53,953 nt of DNA, taken from a virus. Taxonomy: Duplodnaviria > Caudoviricetes. The position numbers and the translations under genes were made by a program. The notes beneath the pieces were generated by a model that saw only the letters and a list, made by a program, of their open reading frames with translations, had not been told where the DNA came from and searched no databases. This document shows, one piece after another, positions 53,170-53,953 of the stretch. The DNA is taken from IMG/VR virus record IMGVR_UViG_3300044740_000035, positions 1 to 53,953 of that record, one strand, 5' to 3'. Position 1 is the first letter of the stretch, and each line of letters opens with the position of its first letter.

Positions 53170-53953
53170 TGGCCGGACGAATCGCCACCATCACGGGCAC
53201 GATGCTTACGCCCGGCGTGTCCCGCAACAAGCGGCTTTACACGAAAGAGCTGATCGCGAAGGCTGTCGGGCGGATGCAGGAGCGCCTCGCCGACCCCGAC
53301 GGGCTGCCGATCGTGATGCGGACCCACCATGATGCCGCAGATGACAGCGTGCGCATCGTCGGGACCCTTCGCAGCGTGAACCTGGCCGAGGACGGATCGG
53401 CCCGGTACGCAGCCGACCTGTACGACACCTCGCACGGCCGCGACATCGCCGCCCTGATCACCGGCAAGCAGCCCGCCCTCCGCTCCGTTTCCATCCACGG
53501 CTACTGGCTCGGACCGGTGAAGCGCATCGACCACGAGGGCGAGTCCGTGACGACAGGCCCGGATCTGGAGATCGACGCCGTTGACTTCACGGCGACACCG
53601 GGCGTGCTGGGCGCCAGCGTGACCGCCGCGTCCTACCTGCCCGACCGCGAGCCCACCGAGTCCGCTGCGGGTCGCACTCCGATCAGCGAGTCCGTGGAGG
53701 CCACCGTGGAACCAGTCACCGAAGAGGCCCCGGACGAGGCGTACTCGGCGAAGCAGAAGAAGGCGATGCTCGCCAAGGGCCAGGCGATGAAGAACGCCGA
53801 TGGCGACGCCTCGTACCCGATCAAGTCGAAGGCCGACCTGCGGAAGGCGATCCGCGCGGTAGGCCGCGGCGGAGCCGACCACAACAAGATCCGGAAGCAC
53901 ATCATCGCCAGGGCCGACGCCCTCGGCCTGTCCTCGATGATCCCCGACAACTG
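53169..53953 (+). CDS. Prohead protease/scaffold, N-terminal part (runs off window)
   Basis: Manual translation: PGVSRNKRLY, THH, VSIHG, DFTATPGV; then YPIKSKADLRKAIRAVGR domain. Confidence 0.75.
   Translation, partial: MAGRIATITGTMLTPGVSRNKRLYTKELIAKAVGRMQERLADPDGLPIVMRTHHDAADDSVRIVGTLRSVNLAEDGSARYAADLYDTSHGRDIAALITGKQPALRSVSIHGYWLGPVKRIDHEGESVTTGPDLEIDAVDFTATPGVLGASVTAASYLPDREPTESAAGRTPISESVEATVEPVTEEAPDEAYSAKQKKAMLAKGQAMKNADGDASYPIKSKADLRKAIRAVGRGGADHNKIRKHIIARADALGLSSMIPDN

Larger units (their letters stand above)
1..53953. mobile_element. Temperate actinophage/prophage (partial: repressor to head protease)
   Basis: Canonical order repressor/cro, recombination, replication, accessory, terminase, portal, head genes; dense ATGA/GTGA-coupled small ORFs. 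Confidence 0.95.

Noticed and set aside
1-53953. tRNA/rRNA genes, integrase, att sites, lysis and tail genes
   Set aside because: None recognisable; integrase is expected left of the repressor and capsid/tail/lysis genes to the right, outside the window.

Overview
High-GC (roughly 70% by inspection) actinobacterial, most likely Streptomyces-type, temperate phage or prophage segment; the window starts inside the repressor gene and ends inside the head-protease gene. Order: lysis/lysogeny switch (partial repressor, Cro-like, excisionase-like HTH); a long early operon of small coupled ORFs with a RecE/RecT-like pair, an Arr-like ADP-ribosyltransferase and two C5 DNA methyltransferases (the second dual-coded, with a nested 7-repeat ORF); a replication module (initiator with internal iterons, DnaC-like loader, DnaB); more accessory ORFs and a TA-like pair. 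About 24-35 kb is a pSAM2/plasmid-like conjugation module: a leftward SAM-methyltransferase-CYTH-NUDIX operon, a GntR/UTRA Kor-type repressor with repeated operator-like boxes, Spd-like membrane genes, an FtsK/SpoIIIE TraB translocase and a clt-like 8-bp repeat array. It has no integrase or Rep of its own. Then come a second divergent switch with endonuclease VII, an intact IS256-family insertion, late regulators and possible anti-defence ORFs, terminase subunits, portal, a 2H-phosphoesterase/MuF head fusion and a head protease. The most notable signal is an apparent phage-conjugative element hybrid, i.e. a prophage equipped for TraB/clt mycelial transfer. All product calls come from motif recognition, not database searches.
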